Positions 1 to 9,365 of a stretch of DNA of 64,000 nucleotides are shown here, piece after piece; position 1 is the stretch's first letter; every line of letters begins with the position of its first letter. The stretch spans positions 2,176,001 to 2,240,000 of the forward strand of contig OY730476.1 of assembly GCA_963422735.1 (NCBI GenBank), given 5' to 3'. A program made the position numbers and the translations under genes. This DNA comes from Candidatus Latescibacterota bacterium. GTDB lineage: Bacteria > Latescibacterota > UBA2968 > UBA8231. The notes below the pieces were generated by a model that was given only the letters and a program-made list of their open reading frames with translations, ran no database searches and had not been told where the DNA came from.

Positions 1-1
1 C

Positions 2-1156
2 ATCGCCCATGAGTTCCACCACGCCATTCAGTTTGGCTACTACGCGAGGGCCGACGGCAGTTGGTGGCAGGAATCGACTTCGACATGGATGGAAGAAGTG
101 GCTTATCCGCACATCGACGATTATCTCCAGTACTTGACCTCCTTCCTCGGCTTTCCCCGCCGCGCCCTCAACTCCGGCCGTCGTGGCAGCAACCACACCT
201 ACGGCAGTGCGATCTTTTCTCACTTCCTCGATCAGCACTACGGCCCCGATCTCGAACCCCTGATCCGGGAAGACCTGAAACAGCACCCGCCGGACCTCAT
301 CGCGCTACGGGCGCGGTCGCATCTCAACCGCCTGATTTGGGAAGAAGTGGGTCGGCGCAAAAGCGTCCATCTCGATCATTTCGACCGCGTCCTCCGCCAA
401 GTCGAGCCGGGCGGCCTGGGCGTCGCTATGGGCGAATTTGCCGTGTGGAACTATTTCACCAACCACCGACACCAAGACCCATACTATGCCGAAGGGGACA
501 AATACCCGACCGTCCTCACCCGCGACATCGCCCTCGCTGCCGAAGCGGTCGTCCGCGACACCAGCCTGATAGATGCCACCGGCAGCGTCTATCTGCGCCT
601 TGAACCGCAACTGCGCTCGGGCGGGGTCGATCTGTTCTTTGACGCCAACCAAGGGGCATGGCGTCGCCACTTGCTCTTAGTCGGCCCGGACAGCGTCTCG
701 GTGCAGCTAGTCTCCGAGCCGACGATCCGCATCAGCGGCTGGGACCAGTTCGACGAGATCGTCCTCGTCGCCACCTCAGCCGAGCGCACCGGCTTGGCCT
801 ACCAACACCTATTCACCGCGCAATTCGATCCCGACCTAACCGACCAGCCGGCCGCCCTCGCCACCCGACTCAAGCCCAACTACCCCAACCCGTTCCACCC
901 CGCCCACCACCCACACACCCGGTTGGCGTTCGACCTAGCCGTCCCCAGCCGGGAAACCCGCCTCGCGCTCTTTACCGCCAACGGCACGCTCGTCTGGGAG
1001 CAAGACTTAGGCGAGCGCAGGGCGAGCGCAAACCACGCCGTGCTGTGGGATGGACGCAACGACGCCGGCAAGCTCGTGGCCAGCGGCATCTACCACCTGC
1101 TTCTCGAAGCCGACGGCACAGCCGCCAAGCGCACAATAGCCGTGCTGCGCGATTGA
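2..1156 (+). CDS. Putative secreted zinc metalloprotease with C-terminal FlgD-Ig-like/sorting domain (5'-truncated by window)
   Basis: Frame is open from base 2: IAHEFHHAIQFGY (HExxH) then WWQESTSTWMEE; C-terminus has LKPNYPNPF...WDGRNDAGKLVASGIY. Confidence 0.8.
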   Translation: MAHEFHHAIQFGYYARADGSWWQESTSTWMEEVAYPHIDDYLQYLTSFLGFPRRALNSGRRGSNHTYGSAIFSHFLDQHYGPDLEPLIREDLKQHPPDLIALRARSHLNRLIWEEVGRRKSVHLDHFDRVLRQVEPGGLGVAMGEFAVWNYFTNHRHQDPYYAEGDKYPTVLTRDIALAAEAVVRDTSLIDATGSVYLRLEPQLRSGGVDLFFDANQGAWRRHLLLVGPDSVSVQLVSEPTIRISGWDQFDEIVLVATSAERTGLAYQHLFTAQFDPDLTDQPAALATRLKPNYPNPFHPAHHPHTRLAFDLAVPSRETRLALFTANGTLVWEQDLGERRASANHAVLWDGRNDAGKLVASGIYHLLLEADGTAAKRTIAVLRD

Positions 1157-1322
1157 GAAGCTGTCTGACAACCCTCTCGTCCAGCAAACAACCGCGGCGC
1201 GAAGGTATCTCGACCACCGATCAAACGAAGCCCGTCGGCAGTTGCAACCGGCTTCTTGCGAAGGAGCTGCAGGCAAGTGCCATTGGGCACGACAGCGGGG
1301 ATCGCATTGACAGTCGCGCTTT

Positions 1323-1357
1323 GATGACGTATGATAAAAATTAAATTATACGTCATC
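1323..1357. promoter_or_regulatory. Inverted repeat, probable TA autoregulatory operator
   Basis: GATGACGTAT (1323-1332) and ATACGTCATC (1348-1357) form a perfect 10-bp inverted repeat around an AT-rich spacer, 15 nt upstream of the antitoxin ATG. Confidence 0.6.
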
Positions 1358-1372
1358 TATGAGATAAGACTC

Positions 1373-1609
1373 ATGCAAACCAAGCTTACTCTACGCTTAG
1401 AGGAGCAATTGATCGAACGCGCTAAGGCTCATGCCAAAAAGCGGGGCAAGTCCGTATCGCAGATGGTGGCTGACTATTTCGCGCTGCTGGACCGGGGCGA
1501 TCTACCAGAGACCCTAGCACCGCTCACCCGTTCTTTATATGGCATCTTAGGGGGCACTTCGGTCGATGAGGATACACACCGCGAACATCTCGAGGAAAAA
1601 TACCTGTGA
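1373..1609 (+). CDS. Ribbon-helix-helix antitoxin (DUF6364-like)
   Basis: MQTKLTLRLEEQLIERAKAHAKKRGKSVSQMVADYF; overlaps the PIN gene start by 4 nt. Confidence 0.8.
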   Translation: MQTKLTLRLEEQLIERAKAHAKKRGKSVSQMVADYFALLDRGDLPETLAPLTRSLYGILGGTSVDEDTHREHLEEKYL

Positions 1610-2046
1610 AAGTGATGGTCGATACTAATGTCGTACTCGACTTGCTGCTAGACCGGACGCCACATGCAATGAACGCAGCGCAGATTTTCTCTTTGATAGA
1701 GCGCAATGTCCTCGCTGGCTATCTCGGTGCTACCACTTTAACCGCAATACACTGCTTGGCCACAAAAGCCGTCGGTGCACAAAAATCACGGCAGGAAATT
1801 CGCAAATTACTTCGTCTCTTTGAAGTAGCCCCCGTCAATCGGGCGGTGCTAGAAGCGGCACTGGCGGCGGAAGGCTTCCGCAACTTCGAAGATGCTATTC
1901 TCCACGAGGCGGCATGCCAAGCTGACGCTGATGCCTTGGTGACGCGCAACGAAAGCGATTTCAGAAAGGCAATATTGGCGGTTTACGAACCGCGCGAATT
2001 GCTCAATATCGTCCAAGCCCGCCTTGCGGCCCCACTGGATGGGTGA
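1606..2046 (+). CDS. PIN-domain toxin
   Basis: N-terminal VMVDTNVVLD; FEDA and LVTRN..DF PIN motifs. Confidence 0.85.
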   Translation: MKVMVDTNVVLDLLLDRTPHAMNAAQIFSLIERNVLAGYLGATTLTAIHCLATKAVGAQKSRQEIRKLLRLFEVAPVNRAVLEAALAAEGFRNFEDAILHEAACQADADALVTRNESDFRKAILAVYEPRELLNIVQARLAAPLDG

Positions 2047-2105
2047 CCTTGCCGATAAATTCCGTTTCGGGGCATAGTCCCCTCGTCAACATAGAGTTCT
2101 GAGTC

Positions 2106-4037
2106 TTGTCAGCACCCCCGCGCCGCGTCTCCCTCCGCGCCATTGCCATCGGGGCCATCGGCTGCCTCGCTATCGCCGTGGGCGAACCTTTTGGCGTCTT
2201 AGTGATGCGAAGCTCGCCCATGGCCGCCGACTACTCGACCGGCGCGGCCCTGTTCTTGTTTTTCCTTTTTACCTTGCTCATCAACCCGCTCGCCCGATTG
2301 CTCACCGGCACCAGCCTGCACACCGGCGAGCTAGCCACCGTGTACATAATGATGGTCGTGGGGGCCGCCATTCCCTCATGGGGCCTGACCATGAACCTGA
2401 TTCCGCTCCTCGGCGGGTTCTTTTACTACGCTACCCCGGAAAACGACTGGGCCAATACCATCCAGCCCTATATATCGCAGCTCCTCGTGCCGGAAGACAG
2501 CGCAGCCATCCAAAAGTTATTCGAAGGCAACGCCCAAGGTGAACGCATCCCTTGGGGAGCTTGGGCGATACCGCTTATGGCGTGGAGCCTGTTTGTCGTC
2601 AATATGTACTTCACCACGCTGTGCGTGCTCGTCGTGCTGCGCAAGCAGTGGGTCGAGCGCGAGCGGCTCAACTTCCCGCTGGCCACCTTGCCCATAGAAA
2701 TGAGCGCCCGCGCCAAGGATCAAGTCGTCGCGCCTTTTTACCGCAATTACTTGACTTGGATCGGCTTTGCCATTCCCGCGCTTATCGGCTCTATTAACGC
2801 CCTACACCGCTATTTCAACTTCATCCCACAGATCGACCTCAACCTCTGGGTGCCTTTTTTGCGCCGCTCTATATGGGTCAACTTTCGCCCGCACTTCGAG
2901 GTCGTCGGGCTCTCCTACTTGCTCAATCTCGACATCTCCATGGGCGTGTGGTTGTTCGCCCTGCTCAACATGCTGGCCATCGGCTTGTGCCGCATGACCG
3001 GGTGGAACATCGGCCCGGAGCAGCCCTATTCCTCGCCCTCCCCGCCCAGCCTCGCCCACATCGCCCTCGGCGCACTGTTCTTTCTCGTACTGTCCAGCTT
3101 GTGGAGCGGGCGTCAGCATTTGCGTCAGGTCTGGCGCAAGGCCCTGCGCGGCGACGACTCCATCGACGACAGCGGAGAATTGCTCCCGTACCGCGTCGCA
3201 GTCTTTGGATTTATAGCCAGCTTTTTCCTCGGCCTGTTCGCGCTCTACGCCACTAACATGAACCTGCCAACCGCCTTTGTCTTTCAGCTTTCGGCTCTCG
3301 TGATCTTCGTCGGCTTGGCCCGCATCATCTCGCAGGCCGGGCTGGCCTATTGTCGCGCTCCAGTGGCTCCGGCCGTGTTTACCGTCAACACCCTCGGATC
3401 GTCGTCGGTGGGCGCCCCGGGCCTGACCGCGTTGGCACTCAACTTCCCGTGGTCTGCCGACATCCGCACCTTCGTCATGGCCTCGGCCGCTACGGGCCTC
3501 AAGCTGGCAGAAGTGACGCGCCTAGAGTATCGGCGCGTGTTCTGGGCCATTGCCGCGGCCATTGTCGTCACCCTCGTCGGCTCAATTACTGCGGTCATCC
3601 ACCTCGCGTACACCTACGGCGGCATCAACCTGAGCAGTTGGCAATTCGGCTACATGACGACCTATACCGGAAACTGGATCATCAACAACATCAACAACCT
3701 CCAACCCACCCACGTTTGGCACCTATCCTTTGCCGGCCTTGGCGCACTGTTGATGGGCCTGTTGACGTTTGTGAAAAACCGCTTCGTCGGCTTTCCCATT
3801 CACCCCATCGGCTTGGCCATCGGGCTGCCGCATCCAGTGCAGCTAATCTGGCCGTCGGTCTTTATGGCTTGGCTGCTCAAGGCACTCATTCTCAAATACG
3901 GCGGCCCCCGGCTCTACACCCGCCTGCGCCCGTTCTTTTTGGGACTAGTGCTGGGCGCGTTTGGCACAGCCGGGTTGTGGCTCATCATCGACTCCTTCAC
4001 CGGCCTGACGGGCAACCGACTGATTAACATCGGCTAG
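2106..4037 (+). CDS. Polytopic membrane protein, putative transporter (DUF6785/DUF6784-like)
   Basis: 643 aa with many hydrophobic helices; motifs LRKQWVERERLNFPL, FPIHPIG, LKYGG..LY..LRPFFLGL. Confidence 0.7.
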   Translation: MSAPPRRVSLRAIAIGAIGCLAIAVGEPFGVLVMRSSPMAADYSTGAALFLFFLFTLLINPLARLLTGTSLHTGELATVYIMMVVGAAIPSWGLTMNLIPLLGGFFYYATPENDWANTIQPYISQLLVPEDSAAIQKLFEGNAQGERIPWGAWAIPLMAWSLFVVNMYFTTLCVLVVLRKQWVERERLNFPLATLPIEMSARAKDQVVAPFYRNYLTWIGFAIPALIGSINALHRYFNFIPQIDLNLWVPFLRRSIWVNFRPHFEVVGLSYLLNLDISMGVWLFALLNMLAIGLCRMTGWNIGPEQPYSSPSPPSLAHIALGALFFLVLSSLWSGRQHLRQVWRKALRGDDSIDDSGELLPYRVAVFGFIASFFLGLFALYATNMNLPTAFVFQLSALVIFVGLARIISQAGLAYCRAPVAPAVFTVNTLGSSSVGAPGLTALALNFPWSADIRTFVMASAATGLKLAEVTRLEYRRVFWAIAAAIVVTLVGSITAVIHLAYTYGGINLSSWQFGYMTTYTGNWIINNINNLQPTHVWHLSFAGLGALLMGLLTFVKNRFVGFPIHPIGLAIGLPHPVQLIWPSVFMAWLLKALILKYGGPRLYTRLRPFFLGLVLGAFGTAGLWLIIDSFTGLTGNRLINIG

Positions 4038-4041
4038 ACAG

Positions 4042-4101
4042 CAGTGGCCTGTGGCCTGTCCCAGCCCCTGACCACTAACCACTAACCACTAACCACTAAC
4101 C
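4042..4101. repeat. Heptamer tandem repeats (GTGGCCT x2, then CCACTAA x4-5) between convergent genes
   Basis: Seen directly; the TAG stop of the 4096..5124 gene lies inside the array. Confidence 0.85.
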
Positions 4102-5124
4102 GTGGTCAATGCCGAGCTTGATCGAACGCTCGGGATGCTGGTCAATCTCTTGATAAGCGTCGGCGGCTGCAGCAAAGGGCACGATCGGGTCAATGAGGTC
4201 GTCGGCTTGCAAACGGCCTGCGGCCAACAGGGCCAGCGACTCCTCGCGGATGCGGGCGAAATTCCAACTCGCCTGCGGCAAAGGCTCGCTGCAAGCGCGG
4301 CTGGAGATAACCTGAATGCGGTTGCGGTGCCACTCGCCAGCCAAGCGCAAACCCTGCTCCCCGTGGTAATACGCGGTCGAGACCAAGGTGCCCGCGTAGC
4401 AGGTGGCGCGCATAGCGTCTTCAAACGCACGATAGGAACCGCTCGTTTCAAAGGCGATGTCCGCGCCGATTTTGTCGGTGCGCTGCTTGATCTCCAAGCC
4501 GGCGTCCATTGCCACCGGGTCCAGCGCTAAGTCGGCGTCGTGGCGCAGGGCGGCGTTGCGTCGCCGCTCGATGGGATCGACGACTCCCACCCAGCGCGCC
4601 CCGCACAGACGCGCTGCCTGCGCGACCATCAGCCCGATGGCACCGAGTCCAAAGACAGCGACGCGGTCCCCCAAGCGCACCGCGCCATCGCGCACTGCGC
4701 CGACGGCAAAGTCGGCCGGATCCCAATACATGATGGCTTGCGGCGAGATTCCGTCTGGGGCCTTTTGCACGCGCGCCGCCGCTAAGGTGTGCGTTTCGCG
4801 GATGGGCAAATGCGCGAAGATCCGGTCGCCTTCGCGCAGCGTGGTAACTTCGGCACCTTTTTGGACGACCTTGCCCAAGCACATGTTGCCGAGGCGGCGG
4901 GGGAAGCCGCCGGCCGCGGATTCACCGCGGCGGTGCAGGCCCAACTCGCCATCCCAGCGGTCGGATGCGTCGGGCGTGTCGGCGCGAAAGCCGCGCAGTT
5001 CGGTGCCGTGCTTGACCGAACTGAAGAGGCTTTGGACGCGGATTCCGTCCGGGGCTAAGGGCGGTTCTTGGTATGAGCTAAAGACAGCGTGGCCGGGGCG
5101 GTCGGCAATCAATTCGAGCGGCAT
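4096..5124 (-). CDS. Zinc-binding alcohol dehydrogenase-family (MDR) oxidoreductase
   Basis: GDRVAVFGLGAIG Rossmann motif; GADIAFETSG. Confidence 0.85.
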   Translation of the reverse strand: MPLELIADRPGHAVFSSYQEPPLAPDGIRVQSLFSSVKHGTELRGFRADTPDASDRWDGELGLHRRGESAAGGFPRRLGNMCLGKVVQKGAEVTTLREGDRIFAHLPIRETHTLAAARVQKAPDGISPQAIMYWDPADFAVGAVRDGAVRLGDRVAVFGLGAIGLMVAQAARLCGARWVGVVDPIERRRNAALRHDADLALDPVAMDAGLEIKQRTDKIGADIAFETSGSYRAFEDAMRATCYAGTLVSTAYYHGEQGLRLAGEWHRNRIQVISSRACSEPLPQASWNFARIREESLALLAAGRLQADDLIDPIVPFAAAADAYQEIDQHPERSIKLGIDHG

Positions 5125-5243
5125 GAGGCAAACTCCTATGAGGGAGGTTAAGTCGCGTTGACATGAACGGGCGAAAGCGTCTGGACAATGTAGGGACTGC
5201 CCGCACCCTTAGTAGTCTTTCAAATACGTTTTGCCTTAATCCA

Positions 5244-5270
5244 CTGGATTCCCGCCTTCGCGGGAATGAC
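5244..5270. repeat. REP-like palindrome with ATTCCC-N8-GGGAAT core
   Basis: CTGGATTCCCGCCTTCGCGGGAATGAC; an oppositely oriented, interrupted copy GTCATTCCCGCGCAAGCG...ATCCAG lies at 5647-5696. Confidence 0.75.
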
Positions 5271-5273
5271 TTA

Positions 5274-5621
5274 CGGAATTTCCTAGTGTACGGTTGGGAA
5301 TTCAGGTTTCATTTAGGCGGTTTCACTCGGCCTGCCCGTAGCCCTCGTCCCGGCCAGCGCGGCCCCCCACGTCAATGTTCCGTGGCCAGTCGCCGGGTAC
5401 CCGCCGCCAAGGAGGCGGATGGAACTGACCCCTAACCCCTGACCCCTGACCCCTAACCCCTGACCCCTGACCCCTGACCCCTAACCCCTGACCCCTGACC
5501 CCTGACCCCTGACCCCTGACCCCTGACCCCTGACCCCTGACCCCTGACCCCTGACCCCTGACCACTGACCCCTGACCCCTGACCCCTGACCACTGACCAC
5601 TGACCACTGACCACTGACTTA
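5274..5621 (+). mobile_element. MITE-like element, copy 1, with expanded heptamer array and missing distal TIR
   Basis: 5274-5425 aligns with the reverse complement of 57715-57852; begins CGGAATTTCCTAG; TGACTTA occurs at both 5267-5273 and 5615-5621. Confidence 0.75.
5425..5618. repeat. Heptamer tandem array, ~27 units (CTGACCC/CTAACCC/CTGACCA)
   Basis: Seen directly; the minus strand reads (GGGGTCA/GGGGTTA)n. Confidence 0.95.
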
Positions 5622-5777
5622 TTTCGTTCTCCTGCACAAGCAGGACGTCATTCCCGCGCAAGCGAGCTTCATCGCGCCTTTAGGCGCGACATCCAGCCTA
5701 TGCAACCCGCCCCTACAAATGCATATTTGTCAACGCAACGTCTGCCTCGGAGCGCGGGTGTCTCCGCCCGCATTCGC

Positions 5778-5804
5778 GTAGAGGCCGCTCTTGTGGCGGC
5801 CCTC
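5778..5804 (+). repeat. GTAG-type REP palindrome
   Basis: GTAGAGGCCGCTCTTGTGGCGGCCCTC; same architecture as 50939-50964. Confidence 0.6.
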
Positions 5805-5826
5805 GGACACCCATCAACGATAAAGA

Positions 5827-6936
5827 ATGAACGCATACCAACGCTTCGTCCGACCCCTCCTGTTCCGCTGTGATCCAGAGCGCATCCACGAGCAGACCCT
5901 CGCGCTTGGCGAGCGGGTCGGGGCCTCTGCGGCGGGCCGCCTTCTGCTTTCCAGCCTCTTTGCCTTTGCGGACGTGCGGCTTTCTATCCAAGTGGGCGGC
6001 TTGCGCTTTGCCAATCCGCTGGGCATGGCCGCCGGGTTCGACAAAAACGGCCGGGTGATCCAAGCGCTTGCGGCCATGGGCTTTGGGTTCGTGGAGGTGG
6101 GGTCTGTATCGGCGCATCCTTCGGCTGGGAATCCGCGACCCCGCTTGTTCCGCCTGCCATTAGACGAGGCCATTGTGGTCAATTATGGGGTGCCCAACGA
6201 TGGGGCTGCGGTCGTGGCCGAGCGCATGTCCCAGCAGCCGACGCCCGGGCCCTTGGGGATCAACCTAGTCGAAACCAATACCGGGCGGGCCGTTGCGCCC
6301 GATGCGGTCGTGGCCGAGCTAGCCACGGCCCTAGTGCCCTTTGTGGGGCGGGCCGACTACATCGCATTCAACCTCAATTGTCCGAACACCGCAGGCGGCG
6401 TCAGCCCATTCACCGGCGGGGATCACTTGCGCGACTTGCTGCGGGAATGCGCTTCCATCGACGACCTGCCCCCGGTCTTTCTCAAGCTCACGGCACACAC
6501 CGATCCGGCGCGGCTGAACTGGATGCTGGAGACGGTCGATCCGTTTGCTTTCGTCAAGGGCTTCATCTTCAACCTGCCGCCGGGAACGAACTATCCGCTC
6601 AAGTCGTCGGCTCACCTCTTAGCCTCCCTGCCCGGAACCTTGTGCGGCCGGCCCGTTCAGGCCCTGATCGACGAAACCGTGCGCTTCTGGTACGGGCGGA
6701 TCGACCGCCAGCGGCACGCGATCATCGGCGCGGGGGGGATTTCATCGGCCCGAGACGCCTACCGCAAAATTCGCCTTGGGGCTTCGCTGGTGCAGTTATA
6801 CTCTGCGCTGATTTTCAGGGGGCCGGGAGTTGTGCGGCAAATTAACGCGGGATTAGCGTGCCTGTTGGAGCGCGATGGGTTTGCCCGGGTGGCAGACGCA
6901 GTTGGAATTGACAATCGGCCCAAAGCCTTGGCGTGA
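5827..6936 (+). CDS. pyrD: Dihydroorotate dehydrogenase (quinone), class 2
   Basis: NPLGMAAGFDKNG, GFGFVEVGSV, GNPRPRLFRL, GASLVQLYSALIF. Confidence 0.9.
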   Translation: MNAYQRFVRPLLFRCDPERIHEQTLALGERVGASAAGRLLLSSLFAFADVRLSIQVGGLRFANPLGMAAGFDKNGRVIQALAAMGFGFVEVGSVSAHPSAGNPRPRLFRLPLDEAIVVNYGVPNDGAAVVAERMSQQPTPGPLGINLVETNTGRAVAPDAVVAELATALVPFVGRADYIAFNLNCPNTAGGVSPFTGGDHLRDLLRECASIDDLPPVFLKLTAHTDPARLNWMLETVDPFAFVKGFIFNLPPGTNYPLKSSAHLLASLPGTLCGRPVQALIDETVRFWYGRIDRQRHAIIGAGGISSARDAYRKIRLGASLVQLYSALIFRGPGVVRQINAGLACLLERDGFARVADAVGIDNRPKALA

Positions 6937-7036
6937 TTGGAGTGCGCTAATGGGACTCGCTTCAAGACTTTTCCTGAGTCGAACTGAGAATGCAATGGGC
7001 TTTGTCAAGATCGCCGTCGCCAGCAACCTATAGCAG

Positions 7037-7804
7037 ATGGAGGAAGACATGTGGCATTTACTGACCCTTCTCATGGCTCTTTCCGCGACATCGGCAAACG
7101 CGATGGAAGGCCTCGAGTTGTTGAACGTCGAAGAAACAATCGACTCAGCGCGCTTGGTCCGCTTTACCGGAACGGTCCAGAACACGAGAAATCAGTCGAT
7201 TCTCTTGCCCAAAATTGTCGTCTCGCTCAAGAAAGAGGGGAAGGTCATGGGAATTTTCATAGGGACAATCTCGGGTCCGACGGATGGCTACTATCAGCTA
7301 CACCCCGGAGAAATCGGGATATTCGACGTCCATACGGGCGTGACGCGCGATCAATATGACGAGTTTAGCGTTCGATCAGATGGTGGCTTGAACGGCCTAG
7401 ACAATGGATCGAACGACTTTGACCGTTCCCTTCTCACTGGCGATCTAACCCTCGTCGAGGATAGCTTCAACCTCACCGCCGACTGGGGGGAAAACGCGCT
7501 TTTTTTTGGCGAACTGCTCAACGGTACCAACGCAATCCTCCAAGCTATAAATGTCAGGATTAGCCTGTTCGACGCAAAGGATGCCTTTATCGGCGCAGCG
7601 ACAATCCCCAGACTGTATCTTCCCAATGAATTGTCTCCCGGCGAGGTGCTTTCGTTTCAAGCCACAAGCGACGTGCCTCTGTCGAACGTGGTCCGTTGGG
7701 AAATCAGCATCGAGTACGCGCCGGCGAGATTGGGACACGGCGATGCGACGGCAGTTGGCGACGCTACTTGGGGAGAGGTGAAGCACTCGCAGAGACTCCG
7801 ATAG
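7037..7804 (+). CDS. Secreted protein with two FxLYD-like Ig domains and a C-terminal TWG motif
   Basis: Signal peptide (MWHLLTLLMALSATSANA); repeated G.V.N/G.L.N...L.PGE units; ends TAVGDATWGEVK. Confidence 0.65.
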   Translation: MEEDMWHLLTLLMALSATSANAMEGLELLNVEETIDSARLVRFTGTVQNTRNQSILLPKIVVSLKKEGKVMGIFIGTISGPTDGYYQLHPGEIGIFDVHTGVTRDQYDEFSVRSDGGLNGLDNGSNDFDRSLLTGDLTLVEDSFNLTADWGENALFFGELLNGTNAILQAINVRISLFDAKDAFIGAATIPRLYLPNELSPGEVLSFQATSDVPLSNVVRWEISIEYAPARLGHGDATAVGDATWGEVKHSQRLR

Positions 7805-7885
7805 CTGGACGCTCTCGCCCATCAGGGGAGCTTTGGCTTAGCCTGCCTTTATATAACAAGCCTCAAAGACCGGTGTTTTACGGCC

Positions 7886-8015
7886 GCAGCTATACTCAGC
7901 GCTGGTTTTCAGGGCCGGGAGTCGTGCGGCAAATCAATGCGGGGTGGAGCGCGATGGGTTTGCCCGGGTGGAAGACGCGGTCGGCATCGACAATCAATCA
8001 AAAGCTGCAGTGTAG
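7886..8015 (+). pseudogene. Diverged, displaced copy of the pyrD 3' end
   Basis: Aligns with 6792-6936 with small deletions; ends GIDNQSKAAV* versus GIDNRPKALA*. Confidence 0.85.
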
Positions 8016-8020
8016 CGTCC

Positions 8021-8908
8021 CTACCGAATGCGAGCGTTGATCTGCAAATCCCACGCTCGCCAGTAGTACTTGAGCGGATCGTCCGCGTCCCACTTGGCGT
8101 AAAGGTCCTCCCAATCCGCAAAGTGCATGTGCGGCTCTAGCGAGTCTTCGCGCACCGGGTGGCTCATGGGCTGATAGCGATAGTCGAGTGAGATGCGCAG
8201 GCGATCGCCGCTTTCGTTGTCTTGGCCCTGATGAGCGGTGAGACTGTGGCATATAAGCACGTCGCCAGCGCAAAAGTCGCCGCCCGTCCACAGCGTGTCC
8301 TCGGGCAGCGCGACGGCGTGGCCGCCAGCGCCGGTCGCCTTTGTAACGCTTAGCTTGCCGAGCTTGTGGCTGCCCGGCGCCACCGCCAAGCTGCCCAGCG
8401 CAGCCGGACAGTCGCCGCCCGGGATCCAAGCGGTCCACGTCTCGTCGGTGCCGCCGATGTAGAAATTGTCCTGATGCGGCGGCGTGGTATGGGCCAAAGC
8501 ATTGGGAAAAATTACCCGGCAGATATTGCGGCTGTGGGGCAGGGCCTCCTCGCCGAAAAGCGTTGCGAACATCGCCAAGATCGCCGGGTGCAAAGCCAAG
8601 GCATTGAAGGCGCGTAACCGCTGGACATCAATGTAAAAGGCAATCCACTCGGGCGAATCGCCTTCGATGAAAAGCTGCCCGTCGCGCACGACTCCATCCA
8701 TCAAGGGCGCGTCGTCGTCGAGCCAGCCGTGCTTTTGGCAGACTTCGAGGATCTGGCGGCGCAGGTCGAGCACCGACTCTGTATCCAGCAGTGAGCGGAA
8801 GAACAAATAGCCCTGCTCGGCCGCGCGCTCGCGCAAGGCGTCAGGCGCGTCGAGCAGGGAGGTGGAATCGACAAAAGGTTCGAGGTTGATCATGGTTTGC
8901 TGGGCCAT
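8021..8908 (-). CDS. PhyH-family dioxygenase
   Basis: TPPHQD, PGSHK, GDVLICHSLTAH; start placed at MAQQ. Confidence 0.9.
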   Translation of the reverse strand: MAQQTMINLEPFVDSTSLLDAPDALRERAAEQGYLFFRSLLDTESVLDLRRQILEVCQKHGWLDDDAPLMDGVVRDGQLFIEGDSPEWIAFYIDVQRLRAFNALALHPAILAMFATLFGEEALPHSRNICRVIFPNALAHTTPPHQDNFYIGGTDETWTAWIPGGDCPAALGSLAVAPGSHKLGKLSVTKATGAGGHAVALPEDTLWTGGDFCAGDVLICHSLTAHQGQDNESGDRLRISLDYRYQPMSHPVREDSLEPHMHFADWEDLYAKWDADDPLKYYWRAWDLQINARIR

Positions 8909-8912
8909 TGAA

Positions 8913-9365
8913 TCACTCCTGTTCTTTGTCCCAAAAGGCTTGTAAAATGTCGATGTACTCGGCGGAAAGTCCGTGTTTAATAGCCCCCCGGATGACGGCG
9001 TTGAGATATTCCTCCGAGGGCGGATAGTGGTGTCCAGCATCGAGGCGGGAGAGATACGTCCAAACTTCGCCAAACTTAGGGATGGTTATCTCGTCCCGCC
9101 GGTATTTAGTGCCCTCGCTTTCGTAGTGGTCGAGGCGGCGAAGGTCTTCCGGCGTCACTGCATAGATGACGCCTTCGACGAATGCTTCCTCGTTGGGCCG
9201 GATACTGGCCACGCCCATGCCGCTGCGCGTGAAGGAGATCATCGGGAAACACAACTCGTAGCCTTCTAGGCGCACCACAGAGTGGAGACGGGCACCCGGG
9301 CAACGAGCCTGCATCTGGCTCCAAAGCAAATTGGACCCGTAGGCAAAGTAGAGCAATTCGGCCAT
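8913..9365 (-). CDS. Gamma-glutamylcyclotransferase-family protein
   Basis: YFAYGSNL motif; VEGVIY...LDHYE; PSEEYL. Confidence 0.9.
   Translation of the reverse strand: MAELLYFAYGSNLLWSQMQARCPGARLHSVVRLEGYELCFPMISFTRSGMGVASIRPNEEAFVEGVIYAVTPEDLRRLDHYESEGTKYRRDEITIPKFGEVWTYLSRLDAGHHYPPSEEYLNAVIRGAIKHGLSAEYIDILQAFWDKEQE

Noticed and set aside
5323-5661. ORF with GQGSGVR repeats
   Set aside because: Translation of the heptamer array; no RBS or coding signal.
6792-8015. Diversity-generating retroelement TR/VR pair
   Set aside because: Differences are not adenine-specific, include deletions, and no reverse transcriptase is present in the window.
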